NCBI GenBank assembly: GCA_048213135.1
Contig: PS015113.1
Location: 1 to 64,000 of the forward strand
Length of the DNA: 64,000 nt
From: Reclinomonas americana ATCC 50394
Taxonomy: Eukaryota
Direction: 5' to 3'
Shown: piece by piece, positions 24,401 through 35,410 of the stretch
How positions within the stretch are numbered: the stretch's first letter is position 1
Layout of the letters: each line of letters starts with the position of its first letter
Made by a program: the position numbers and the translations under genes
Notes under the pieces: generated by a model
What the model saw: the letters and a program-made list of their open reading frames with translations, nothing else
Told to the model about the DNA's origin: nothing
Database searches by the model: none

Positions 24401-27400
24401 GGCCTTTCTCGGCGGCGTAATGCAGTGCAGTGGAACCAGCCAGCCATGCTTCGTCATTCGTCACAGCAAACACCATCTCCCGAGAACATCGTCGCTCATC
24501 GGCAAGAAGCCATTCCACCACTGCCAAGTGGCCGCCACTGGCTGCATACATGAGCGACGTCCAGCCAAAGTCGTCAACCAGCGGTGCAAGTTGAAGACCA
24601 ATTCCACTCTCCTCCCATAGATACTCCAGCACGGCGAGGTGACCACGCCAAGCAGCAAAGTGGAACGGCGAGCCTCCATGAACGTCTCGCTCATCCTCGT
24701 TCACCAACGTCTCCAGGCCCTCGTCCGCCACCAGTCGGCGCAGCGCTTCCACATCACTGTCCGCTGCCATCAACCACGCCTTCTTCCGCCTGCATCAGTC
24801 CCCGGCCGCGTAAGCGAGAAAACACAAGCTGATAAACAGAGGGATACAAACCTGTGGTGCGGCGGTTGTGATGCCAGTCGGTCAAGCATTCTGGCCACGT
24901 CATCTTTCCCAGCATCAAGAGCCACCTGGGCCGCTGTCTGGCCATCCTTGTTGATCTTCGGAATCAGATGCGGATACGCAGTCGCCAGGAGCTGCACAAC
25001 CGACTCGTGGCTGTTCTCGGCGGCATAGTGCAGTGCAGTGGAACCTGGCAGCCGTGCTCGGTCATTCGCGACAACAAGCACCATCTCCGCGGGGCATCGT
25101 CGCTCGTCAGCTAGAAGCCACTCCACAACTGCCAAGAGACCGCCGTAGGCCGCATACATGAGAGATGTCCATCCTATGTCATCAACCAGCTTTGAAAGTT
25201 GAGGACCGACGTCACTCTCCTCCCATAGATACTCCAAGACGGCAAGGTGGCCACGCCAAGCAGCACAGTGAAATGGCGAGCCTCCATAAACGCTTCGTTC
25301 TCTCTCATCCAACAGCTTCTCCGCGCCCTCATCCACCACCAACTGGCGCAATGCTTCTACATCGCCATCATCTGCCAGCAACCAAGCCTTCTTCCGCCTG
25401 TGTCAGCCACCGCGTGAGCGGTGATGTGGAAACATGATGGTGCAGTCCTGCATACCTATACAGCGGAGGCTTTGATGCCAGGCGATCCAGCAACTCGGCC
25501 ACGTCATCTTTCCCAGCATTAGCAGCCACTTCGGCGGCTGTCTTTCCATCCTTGTTCACCTTTGGAACGAGATCCGGATTCGCAGTCGCCAGGAGCTGCA
25601 CGATCGACTCGTGACCTCTCTCCGCGGCATAATGCAGTGCAGTCGAACCAGGAAGCCCTGCTTCGTCATTCGTCACAGCAAGCACCATTTCCCGTGGACA
25701 TCGCCGCTCGTCGGCCAGAAGCCACTCCACCACTGCCAGGTGACCACCGTAGGCAGCAGCCATCAGCGACGTCCCGCCATTGCCATTGACCAGTAGTGAG
25801 AGTTGAGGACCGACACCACTCTCCTCCCACAGAAACACCAGCACGGCGACATGACCATCTGAAGCAGCACAGTGGAAGGGCGAGCGTCCATAAACGTCTC
25901 GCTCTCTCTCATCCAACAGCGTCTCCGCGCCCTCATCCACCACCAGCTGGCGCAGNNNNNNNNNNNNNNNNNNNNTGCTTCCACGTCGCCATCCTCTGCC
26001 ATCAACCAAGCCTTCTTCCGCCTGCGTCAGTCCCCGGTCGAGTAAGCGAGAATGCACAAGCTGATCATGATAAACAGAGGGATACAAACCTGTAGTGCGG
26101 CGGTTGCGATGCCAGTCGATCAAGTAAGTCGGCCACGTCATTTTCACCAGCATCAGCAGCCTCTTCCGCGGCTGTGTTTCCATCCTTGTTCACTTTTGGA
26201 ACGAGATCCGGATAGGCAGTGGCCAGCAGTCGCACAATCGACTCGTTGCCGTTCTCGGCGGCATAGTGCAGTGCAGTGGAACCTGGCAGCCACGCTCGGT
26301 CATTGGTAACAGCAAGCGCCATCTCCAGTGGACATCGTCGCTTATCGGCTAAAAGCCACTCCACCACTGCCAAGTGGCCGCAGTTGGCAGCAGTCATAAG
26401 TGGCGTCCATCCATAGTCATTGACCAACTGAGCAAGTCGAGGACCAACCCCACTCTCCTCCCACAGATACTCCAGCACATTAAGGTGGCCTCGCCGAGCA
26501 GCACAGTAAAATGGCGAGCTCCCGAAAACGTCTCGCTCTCCCTCGTCCAAGAGCGTCTCTGCGCCCTCTTCCGCCACCACCTGTCGCAGCGCATCCACAT
26601 CGCCATCCGCTGCCAGCAACCAAGCCTTCTTCCGCCTGTGTCAGCCACCGCGTGAGCGGTGATGTGGAAACATGATGGTGCAGTCCTGCATACCTATACA
26701 GCGGAGGCTTTGATGCCAGGCGATCCAGCAACTCGGCCACGTCATCTTTCCCAGCATTAGCAGCCACTTCGGCGGCTGTCTTGTTCTCCTTGTTGATCTT
26801 CGGAATGAGATCCGGATAGTCGGAGGCCAGGAGTTGCACAATCGACTCGTGGCCTCTCTCCGCGGCATAATGCAGTGCAGTCGAACCAGGAAGCCCTGCT
26901 TCGTCATTCGTCACAGCAAGCACCATTTCCCGTGGACATCGCCGCTCGTCGGCCAGAAGCCACTCCACCACTGCCAGGTGACCACCGTAGGCAGCAGCCA
27001 TCAGCGACGTCCCGCCATTGCCATGGACCAGTAGTGAGAGTTGAGGACCGACACCACTCTCCTCCAACAGAAACACCAGCACGGCGACATGACCATCTGA
27101 AGCAGCACAGTGGAAGGGCGAGCGTCCATAAACGTCTCGCTCTCTCTCATCCAACAGCGTCTCCGCGCCCTCATCCACCACCAGCTGGCGCAGCGCTTCC
27201 ACATCACTGTCCGCTGCCATCAACCACGCCTTCTTCCGCCTTCGCCGGTAATTATGTAAGCGAGAAAACACAAGCTGATAAACAGAAGGGTACAAACCTG
27301 TGGTGCGGCGGTTGTGATGCCAGTCGGCNNNNNNNNNNNNNNNNNNNNNNNNNNNNNNNNNNNNNNNNNNNNNNNNNNNNNNNNNNNNNNNNNNNNNNNN

Positions 27401-30400
27401 NNNNNNNNNNNNNNNNNNNNNNNNNNNNNNNNNNNNNNNNNNNNNNNNNNNNNNNNNNNNNNNNNNNNNNNNNNNNNNNNNNNNNNNNNNNNNNNNNNNN
27501 NNNNNNNNNNNNNNNNNNNNNNNNNNNNNNNNNNNNNNNNNNNNNNNNNNNNNNNNNNNNNNNNNNNNNNNNNNNNNNNNNNNNNNNNNNNNNNNNNNNN
27601 NNNNNNNNNNNNNNNNNNNNNNNNNNNNNNNNNNNNNNNNNNNNNNNNNNNNNNNNNNNNNNNNNNNNNNNNNNNNNNNNNNNNNNNGGCCAGGAGTCGC
27701 ACAATCGACTCGTGGCCTTTCTCGGCGGCATAATGCAGTGCAGTGGAGCCAGGCAGCCGTGCTCGGTCATTCGTAACAGCAAGCGCCATCTCCAGTGGAC
27801 ATCGTCGCTTATCGGCTAAAAGCCACTCCACCACTGCCAGGTGACCGTCACCGGCAGCATCCATGAGTGGCGTCCAGCCTACGTCGTCCACCAGCTCAGC
27901 AAGTTGAGGACCAACCCCACTCTCCTCCCACAGATACTCCAGCACATCAAGGTGGCCTCGCTGAGCAGCACAGTAAAATGGCGAGCTCCCGAAAACGTCT
28001 CGCTCTCCCTCGCCCAAGAGCGTCTCTGCGCCCTCGTTTGCCACCATCTCCCGCAGTGCTTCCACATCACCCTCGTAGGCCATCAACCAAGCCTTCTTCC
28101 GCCTGTGTCAACCACACGTAAGCAAAAAAAAATGAGTCGGTAGACAGACAGCAGACGAACACCTGTAGTGCGGCGACTGCGACGCAAGACGATGTAGCAG
28201 CGCGGCCACGGTGTACTTGCCGTTGGAAAATGCCACTTGTGCGGCTGTCTTCCCATCCTTGTTTACCTTCGGAACGAGGTCTGGGTAGGCAGTCGCCAGA
28301 AGTTGAACAATCGACTCGTGGCCTTTCTCGGCGGCATAATGCAGTGCAGTGGAGCCAGGCAGCCGTGCTCGGTCATTCGTAACAGCAAGCGCCATCTCCA
28401 GTGGACATCGTCGCTTATCGGCTAAAAGCCACTCCACCACTGCCAGGTGACCGTCACCGGCAGCAGTCATAAGTGGCGTCCAGCCCAAGTCGTCAACCAG
28501 TTGCGCAAGTTGAGGACCGACGCCACTCTCCTCCCACAGATACTCCAGCACGGAAAGGTGGCCTGACAATACCGCACAATAAAACGGCGAGCTCCCATAG
28601 ACGTCTCGCTCTCTCTCATCCAGAAGCGTCTCTGCGCCCTCTTCCGCCACCACCTGTCGCAGCGCATCCACGTCGCCATCATCTGCCATCAACCAAGCCT
28701 TCTTCCGCCTGCACAAGTGACTGCATGAGTGGCGATCAAGAGTAGTGATGTAGGAGGCATGGTGGGTGGTACATATCAACACACCTGTAATGCGGCAGTT
28801 GCGATGCCAGTCGGTCAAGCAGCGCGGCCACGGTGTACTTGCCGTTGGAAAATGCCACTTGTGCGGCTGTCTTCCCATCCTTGTTGACCTTGAGAAGGAG
28901 ATCCGGATACGCAGTGACCAGCACTTGCACCATCAACTCGTGGCCTCCCTCGGCAGCAAAGTGCAGTGCAGTCGAACCAGGAAGCCATGCGTCATCGGAT
29001 GTAACAGCAAGCGCCATCTCCAGTGGACATCGTCGCTTATCGGCTAAAAGCCACTCCACCACTGCCAGGTGACCGCCACCGGCAGCAGTCATCAGCGACG
29101 TCCCGCCATAGTCATTGACCAGCTGAGCAAGTTGAGGACCGACGCCACTTTCCTCCCACAGGTACTCCAGCACGGCTAGGTGACCTTCCGAAGCAGCACA
29201 GTGAAATGGCGAGCCTCCATAGACGCTTCGCTCTCTCTCATCCAACATCGTCCCCGCGCCCTCTTCCGCCACCAACTGGCGAAGTGCTTCCACATCACCA
29301 TCCGCTGCCATCAACCACGCTTTCTTCCGTCTGCACATGTCACCGTGTAAGTGGTGAGCAGCCATGAAAGGAGATAGACTGAAGCATACCGGTGGTGCGG
29401 CGGTTGCGACGCGAGTTGGTCCAGCAACTCGGCCACGTCATCTTTCCCAGCATTAGCAGCCACTTGGGCGGCTGTCTTTCCATCCTTGTTCACCTTTGGA
29501 ACGAGATCCGGATGGGCAGCGATCAGTATTCGGACAATCGACTCGTGGCCTTGCTCAGCGGCATAGTGCAGTGCAGTCGAACCAGGAAGCCGTGCTGCAT
29601 CAGATGAAACAGCAAGTACCATCTCCCGCGGACATCGCCGCTCGTCGGCTAGAAGCCACTCCACCACTGCCAGGTGACCGCCACCGGCAGCATCCATGAG
29701 TGGCGTCCCGCTGTAGTTACTGACTACCAGGGCAAGTTGAGGACCGACTCCACTCTCCTCCCACAAATACTCCAGCACATTAAGGTGGCCTCGCCGAGCA
29801 GCACAGTGGAACAAGTTGCCAAAAACGTCTCGCTCCCTCTCATCCAACAGCGTCTCTGCGCCCTCTTCCGCCACCACCTGTCGCAGCGCATCCACGTCGC
29901 CATCATCTGCCATCAACCAAGCCTTCTTCCGCCTGCACAAGTGACTGCATGAGTGGCGATCAAGAGTAGCGATGTAGGAGGCATGGTGGGTGGTACATGT
30001 CAACACACCTGTAATGCGGCGGTTGCGATGCCAGTCGGTCAAGCAGCGCGGCCACGGCGCTCTCGCCGCTGGAGAGAGCCAGTTGCGCGGCTGTTTTGCC
30101 ATCCTTGTTGACCTTGAGAAGGAGATCCGGATACGCAGTGACCAGCACTTGCACCATCAACTTGTGGCCTCCCTCGGCAGCAAAGTGCAGTGCAGTGGAA
30201 CCAGGAAGCCGTGCTCGATCATTTGTTCCAGCAAGCACCATCGCCCGTTGACATCGTTGCTCGTCGGCTAGAAGCCACTCCACCACTGCCAGGTGGCCGT
30301 CACACGCGGCCACCATGAGTGGCGTCCCGCCATAGTTATCGACAAGCTGTGCGAGTCGAGCGCCGACGCCACTCTCCTCCCACAAGTATTCCAAGACGGC

Positions 30401-31236
30401 TAAGTGACCTCGCTCAGCAGCACACTGAAACGGCGAGCGTCCATAAACGTCTCGCTCTCTCTCATCCAGCAGCGCCTCTGCACCCTCGTCCACCACCAAT
30501 CGGCGCAGCGCTTCCACATCACAGTCCGCTGCCATCAACCAAGCCTTCTTCCGCCTGTGTAAGCCACCGTGTGAGTGGTGAGCAGCCATGTAAGGAGGTG
30601 GAGTCTAGACTAGTACTGAAGCATACCGGTGGTGCGGCGGTTGCGACGCGAGTCGGTCCAGCAACTTGGCCACGTCTTCTTCACCAGAATTAACAGCAAC
30701 TTGGGCGGCTGTCTTTCCATCCTTGTTCACCTTTCGAACGAGATCCGGATGGGCAGCGATCAGTATTCGGACAATCGACTCGTGGCCTTGCTCAGCGGCA
30801 TAGTGCAGTGCAGTCGAACCAGCCAGCCGTGCTCGCTCACTTGTAACAGCAAGCACCATTTCCCGTGGACATCGTCGCTCATCGGCTAAAAGCCACTTCA
30901 CCACAGCCAGGTGACCGCCGTTGGCAGCATCCATGAGTGGCGTCCCGCTGTAGTTACTGACCACCAGGGCAAGTTGAGGACCGACGCCACTCCCCTCCCA
31001 CAGGTACTCCAAGACGGTAAGGTGGCCTTGCCAAGCAGCACAATGAAATGCAGATTGGCCGCCTTCAGCCATCTCCTCCTTTGTCAGCAGTGTTGCTGCG
31101 CCGTCACTGGCCACCAGTGCCCGCAGCGCATCCACGTCTCCATCCTCGGCCATCTCCCATGCTTTTTTCCGCGCACTAACAGAATATGTGAGTGAACACA
31201 CTCGCACAAACACACAGCCACACGCACTCGCCTCAT
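21491..31236 (-). CDS. Giant ankyrin (at least 11 exon modules) - coiled coil - HEPN (DZIP3-like) - TKL-type kinase protein
   Basis: Start micro-exon 31236-31232; ankyrin exons 31175 to 24218 joined by phase-2 introns; then exons 24156-24074, 24008-23686 (coiled coil), 23629-23474, 23413-23134 (MDVSLLTTLLLEI), 23068- (DAVDRMRNARNRVSH). Kinase exons carry IGVGQNTCRVY, VAYK, HPHIVKL, HRDLKPQN, DFG, GTPAFAAPE, DVFSFG, CW..DRPSM; stop at 21491. Confidence 0.75.
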
Positions 31237-31388
31237 CGTCACACGTTGCGTTGATTCCCCACGTGGTTCCTGCGTATTGACGGATCGTACGTATAGTATT
31301 GACACCGACGTGTCGATGCGTCCCCCAACGACGGAAGGACGCGACGTTCCTCCCTTGTCAGTCCCTCCCTCGATCCTCTTCTCCCTCA

Positions 31389-33635
31389 ATGACCGTCCTC
31401 CGCAGCGGCGAATGGCGCCTCCGTCGCCGCCCACAAGGCACCCTCACCGAAGACGACTTCTCCTGGCACGAGGTGCAAATCGACAAGACCGCCCTCGCCG
31501 AAGGCGAAGTCATCGTGCGCACAATCTACCTCAGCCTCGACCCCGTTGCGTAAACCCTCCCCCAAGTGCACACACACACACACACACACACACAAAGAGA
31601 GAAAGAGAGAGAAAGAGCAAGAAAAGAATGAGAATGCATGTTTGCATGCATTTCATCTCCGTTTCTCCGCCTGCTCTCCACAGTCCAACCGCATCTGGGC
31701 CTCCTCTCAAGAAGGCTACCTCCCCCCAGTGGAGATCGGCGAGGTCTTTCGTGGCATGACTGTCGGCCAAGTGGTCGCCGTGGCCTCCACCGGAAAACCA
31801 CACTTTGCAGTCGACGATATCATCGTGAGTGCCTTTGCTCCCCCCCCCCCCTCCTCTCCCGCTCTCGCACGCTCGCTCACNNNNNNNNNNNNNNNNNNNN
31901 ACCCGAAACCAACTTTGTCAGTCGACGATATCATCGTGAGTGCCTTTTCGCCTCCCCCCCCCCCCCCCCCCCCCCCCCCTTCCTCCTCCCCTTCTCCTCT
32001 GCCTTACTGGAGCAGACTGGCGGCTGGGGCTGGCGTGAATATGCGGTTCTCACGCCCGGCGACCAGCGGCAGTGTCGCAAGGTGCCGCACCCGCGTGACT
32101 CGGGCATTCCGCTCAGCGCGTACATGGGTCTGCTGAGCTTCATTGGCGCGACGGCGTATTTCGGTGTCGTGGATGTGTTGCGCCCGAAGGCCGGCGAGAC
32201 GTTTGTCGTGAATGCTGCTGGTGTGGGCCTTGCGGGGAAAGAAAGAGAGAAGGCGGGGAGAGAGGAAAAGTAGGGCAGTGCTCTTTGATTGCGGAAGAGG
32301 CGACGCGGGTAGACGAGGAGGAGAACAGGGGAGCCTGGGAGAGAGGAGTAGGGTGACATCCTGTGATTGCGGTAGTGGCGATGCAGGGAGACGAGGAGGG
32401 AACTGGGTGGAGAGTGGGATAGAGAGAAAGCAAGAAGGGCGCCGTCCTTTGATAGCGGTGGTCGGCAAGCGGGATTTTCGCTGTTGTTGGATTGCTCACT
32501 GCGTGTGTTGACAGCCGGAGCTGTGGGCAGCATTGCGGGTCAGATCGCCAAGTCGCTCGGATGCTACGTGGTGGGCATTGCCGGTGCCGACGACAAGTGT
32601 GGTGCGTTTCTTAGTTTTTTTATCTCGCTCTCCCACACACACGAACACGCGATTTCTTCTCGATATCGTTGTTCTTTGCGTTCTGTCACACGCCTCTTTC
32701 TTCTGTTGCACATCGCCCGTGTGACAACAAGCGTGGTTGTCTTGCTACCCCCTCGTTCTCTCACTCTGACACTCTCACACACTCCCACACTCACACATAC
32801 GGTTTACACGATGTCATTGTTCTTTGCGTTTCTGTGACACGTCTCATACGTCGTGGCATTGCCAGCGTCGACGACAAGTGTACTTGTCTTGTCTCTCTCT
32901 CTCTCTCTCTCTCTTCCTCTCTTTCTCTCAGTCTCTCTCTCCCCACTCAAGTGAACACAAGAGTGGACAGAAGATTTCTGCTCCGGAGCGGAGTAGAAGC
33001 AAGCCATTCTGTCTGGTCCCCTCCCTTTCTTCGTAGTGTCAGTCTCTTTATCGCTGGTCTTTCTCTCCCCTCCCCCGTTCCGCCTCCTCTCTCTCCCCTC
33101 TCTCTTCCCCTTCCCCCCTCACTCTCTCTTCCCCCTTCGCCCCCCTTCCCCCTCTCTTCCCCCTCTCCCCCTCCCCTTCCCTCTCTCTTCCCCCTTTCCC
33201 CCCTTCTCTCCCNNNNNNNNNNNNNNNNNNNNCCCCTTCGCTCCCCTTCGCTCCCCTTCGCTTCCCCTTCGCTTCCCCTTCGCTTCCCCCTTCGCTTCCC
33301 CCTTCGCTTCCCCCTCGCTTCCCCTTCGCTTCCCCTTTGCTTCCCCTCCCCCTCCTCTCTTTTCCCTTTTCTTACTCTTCCCTTCCCTTCGCCCGCCAAT
33401 CAGGTTCATCATCCTCGACTACGCCAGCCGCTACGGCGAGTGCTTCGCCGAGCTCGGCAAGCTGCTGAAAGCCGGCAAGGTCAAGTACCGCGTGGACACG
33501 GTCGACGGCCTTCGCAGCGCCCCGAGCGCCCTCAATCGCCTCTTTGACGGCACCAACACCGGCAAGCTGTGCGTCCGCGTGACGCCCGACGTGGACGGTA
33601 GCACCTCCACACCCACTCTCCGTGCGCGCCTGTGA
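31389..33635 (+). CDS. NADP-dependent alkenal/prostaglandin reductase family oxidoreductase (PTGR1/CurA-like MDR); middle exons probably lost in a gap
   Basis: WRLRRRPQG..DDF, EGEVIVRTIYLSLDP, YLPPVEIGEV, GWREYA, GATAYFG..PKAGETFVVNAA|AGAVGSIAGQIAK..GCYVVGIAGADDK, DGLRSAPSALNRLFDGTNTGKL. Confidence 0.9.
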
Positions 33636-33744
33636 GACTCGCCAGCGGAGGAAGGAGGAAGGAGGAAGCAGTGAGCTACATAGTGTAGTTCGTCCGTTCG
33701 CGATTTCCGATTTCTCCTTGTTTTATACACAAAGCGAGGGGTGA

Positions 33745-35323
33745 ATGGCGTCCTCATCAGTGGCCGATGCCGCTGGCCCTCTGTTGCACTTGCTAACCGA
33801 CTTTCAACGGCAGTTGAAGGCCACACGCGATGGTGTGTGTGTGAGAGAGAGAGAAGAGTGAACTTGGGACGGTCGCTGATCGTTTGTGCTCAATCACAGA
33901 GATGGATGCCATGAGACGCACTGTGCGACAGGGTGAGACGCGATCACTAGGCGACCATGAAAGTACGTGTGTCTGGCCATGAACAGGTGTGTGCACAAAG
34001 ACAGTGATCGCTCATCGCGCGCGCACAGTCATGATTGCTGAGTTGGCGAGCATGAGACGATTGCTGGAGGGCGGTGCGTCTTTCTCTCTCTTCTCTTACT
34101 CATGCCCTTCTCCTGCTCACTCCTCGTGACCAGAGATGCAAAGCAACGCAGAACTGAAGCGCATGTGCAAGGAACACGAGCTGTGCATCGCTGGATTGCA
34201 AGGTGGGGAACGATGAGCAGTGCTGCTCGTTGTGTGTGCGTGCTGACACGCGTCGTGTGTATAGACACTGTGCAGCAGCTCGAGTCGGAAAACGATCAGC
34301 TGCGACTGCGCGTGACAGGTGCAGTTGTTCTTTAGTGCGATCGCGATCGGCTTGTCGCCCGCTGCTGATCGATCGTTGCAGAGCTCGACAATGTGTTTGA
34401 GGGTGTCAAGGTCAAGCTGGGCACGGTGGACACGAGGAGCAGTGAGTTGGGATCGTTGGTGCGGGAGCAGCTGGAGAAGGGCGATGCGATTGACGAGAAG
34501 GTGGCCGACACGAATGGGCGGATCGTGGCGGCGGCGGCAAGGATTGCCACGATTGACGCGAGATTTGAGGCACGTGTGCAGGCCGTGGAGCAGGAGCTAG
34601 ACCAGCGTGTGCGCGCTGGCGATCTGGAGGGTGCGTTCTTTGTTTTATACGAGAGCGGTGAAGGGAAGATCACTCACATTGCTGGCTGTCGGCGGCAGAT
34701 GTGATGACGGCGTACTCGATGCTGCGATCGCGGTGGACGTCGCTGGAGCAGAGCTTGCGACCATCCATCCCACTGCCGCGAGAGTCGGGCAAGAGAGCAT
34801 CGCTACCGGTCCCTGAGCTCGTGCCACCAACAGCAGTGGAGATTCAGGTTTGTCAATGATAAGCGTCGCTACCCTTCACACTGCGCCACTCATTGCTCAC
34901 GTGCAGGTGTTTGTGGCCGCCAACATCTCCATGAGTGAGCACGTCGACTCGCTGATGCACTGGGAGATCTTTACCACGGAGCAGTCGGTGGCGGAGATGG
35001 ACGCCGCCGATGCGCTGCCATTAGCGGCACTGGAGGGCGGAGGCGCAGGAAAGAAACCGAGTTTACCGGGGGTGTACGGGGGCAGTTCGCTGGCCGACGG
35101 GAACTCGCGCGACGTGGAACTGGCGGTGCCGCCACCACCGGCACCGATGTACATGGTCCCTTTTACGAACTACGTCAGCAAGTACTCACAAGGCTGGAAC
35201 ACGAACACCACCACATTTTGGTTGCCGATGACCTCACGCCGCGAGGTACACGCACGCAACATTGGCGACACCATCTCCGTCTCCAAGATATGGTCGCAAC
35301 TCATGATACTGGCATACCGATAG
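33745..35323 (+). CDS. Hypothetical coiled-coil protein
   Basis: Chain of short exons splices in frame (mostly phase 1) from MASSSVADAAG through DTVQQLESENDQLRLR and ELDNVFEGVK to SQLMILAYR*. Confidence 0.65.
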
Positions 35324-35410
35324 AGAGTTTGGGAACAGAGAGAGACAGCACTTGTAAAAACCATTCATTTACAGAAAGCAGCGGTCATTCCCTCCCCTCC
35401 CTCCCCCCAT

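Noticed and set aside
16077-31213. 17 independent small ankyrin genes, as suggested by the ORF track
   Set aside because: ORF stops fall inside GT..AG introns, and in-frame splicing restores a continuous PPHxR-RKKAW peptide
31790-31960. Tandem duplicated exon end (VDDIIV) in the reductase
   Set aside because: Flanks a 20-N gap next to poly-C; most likely an unmerged contig overlap
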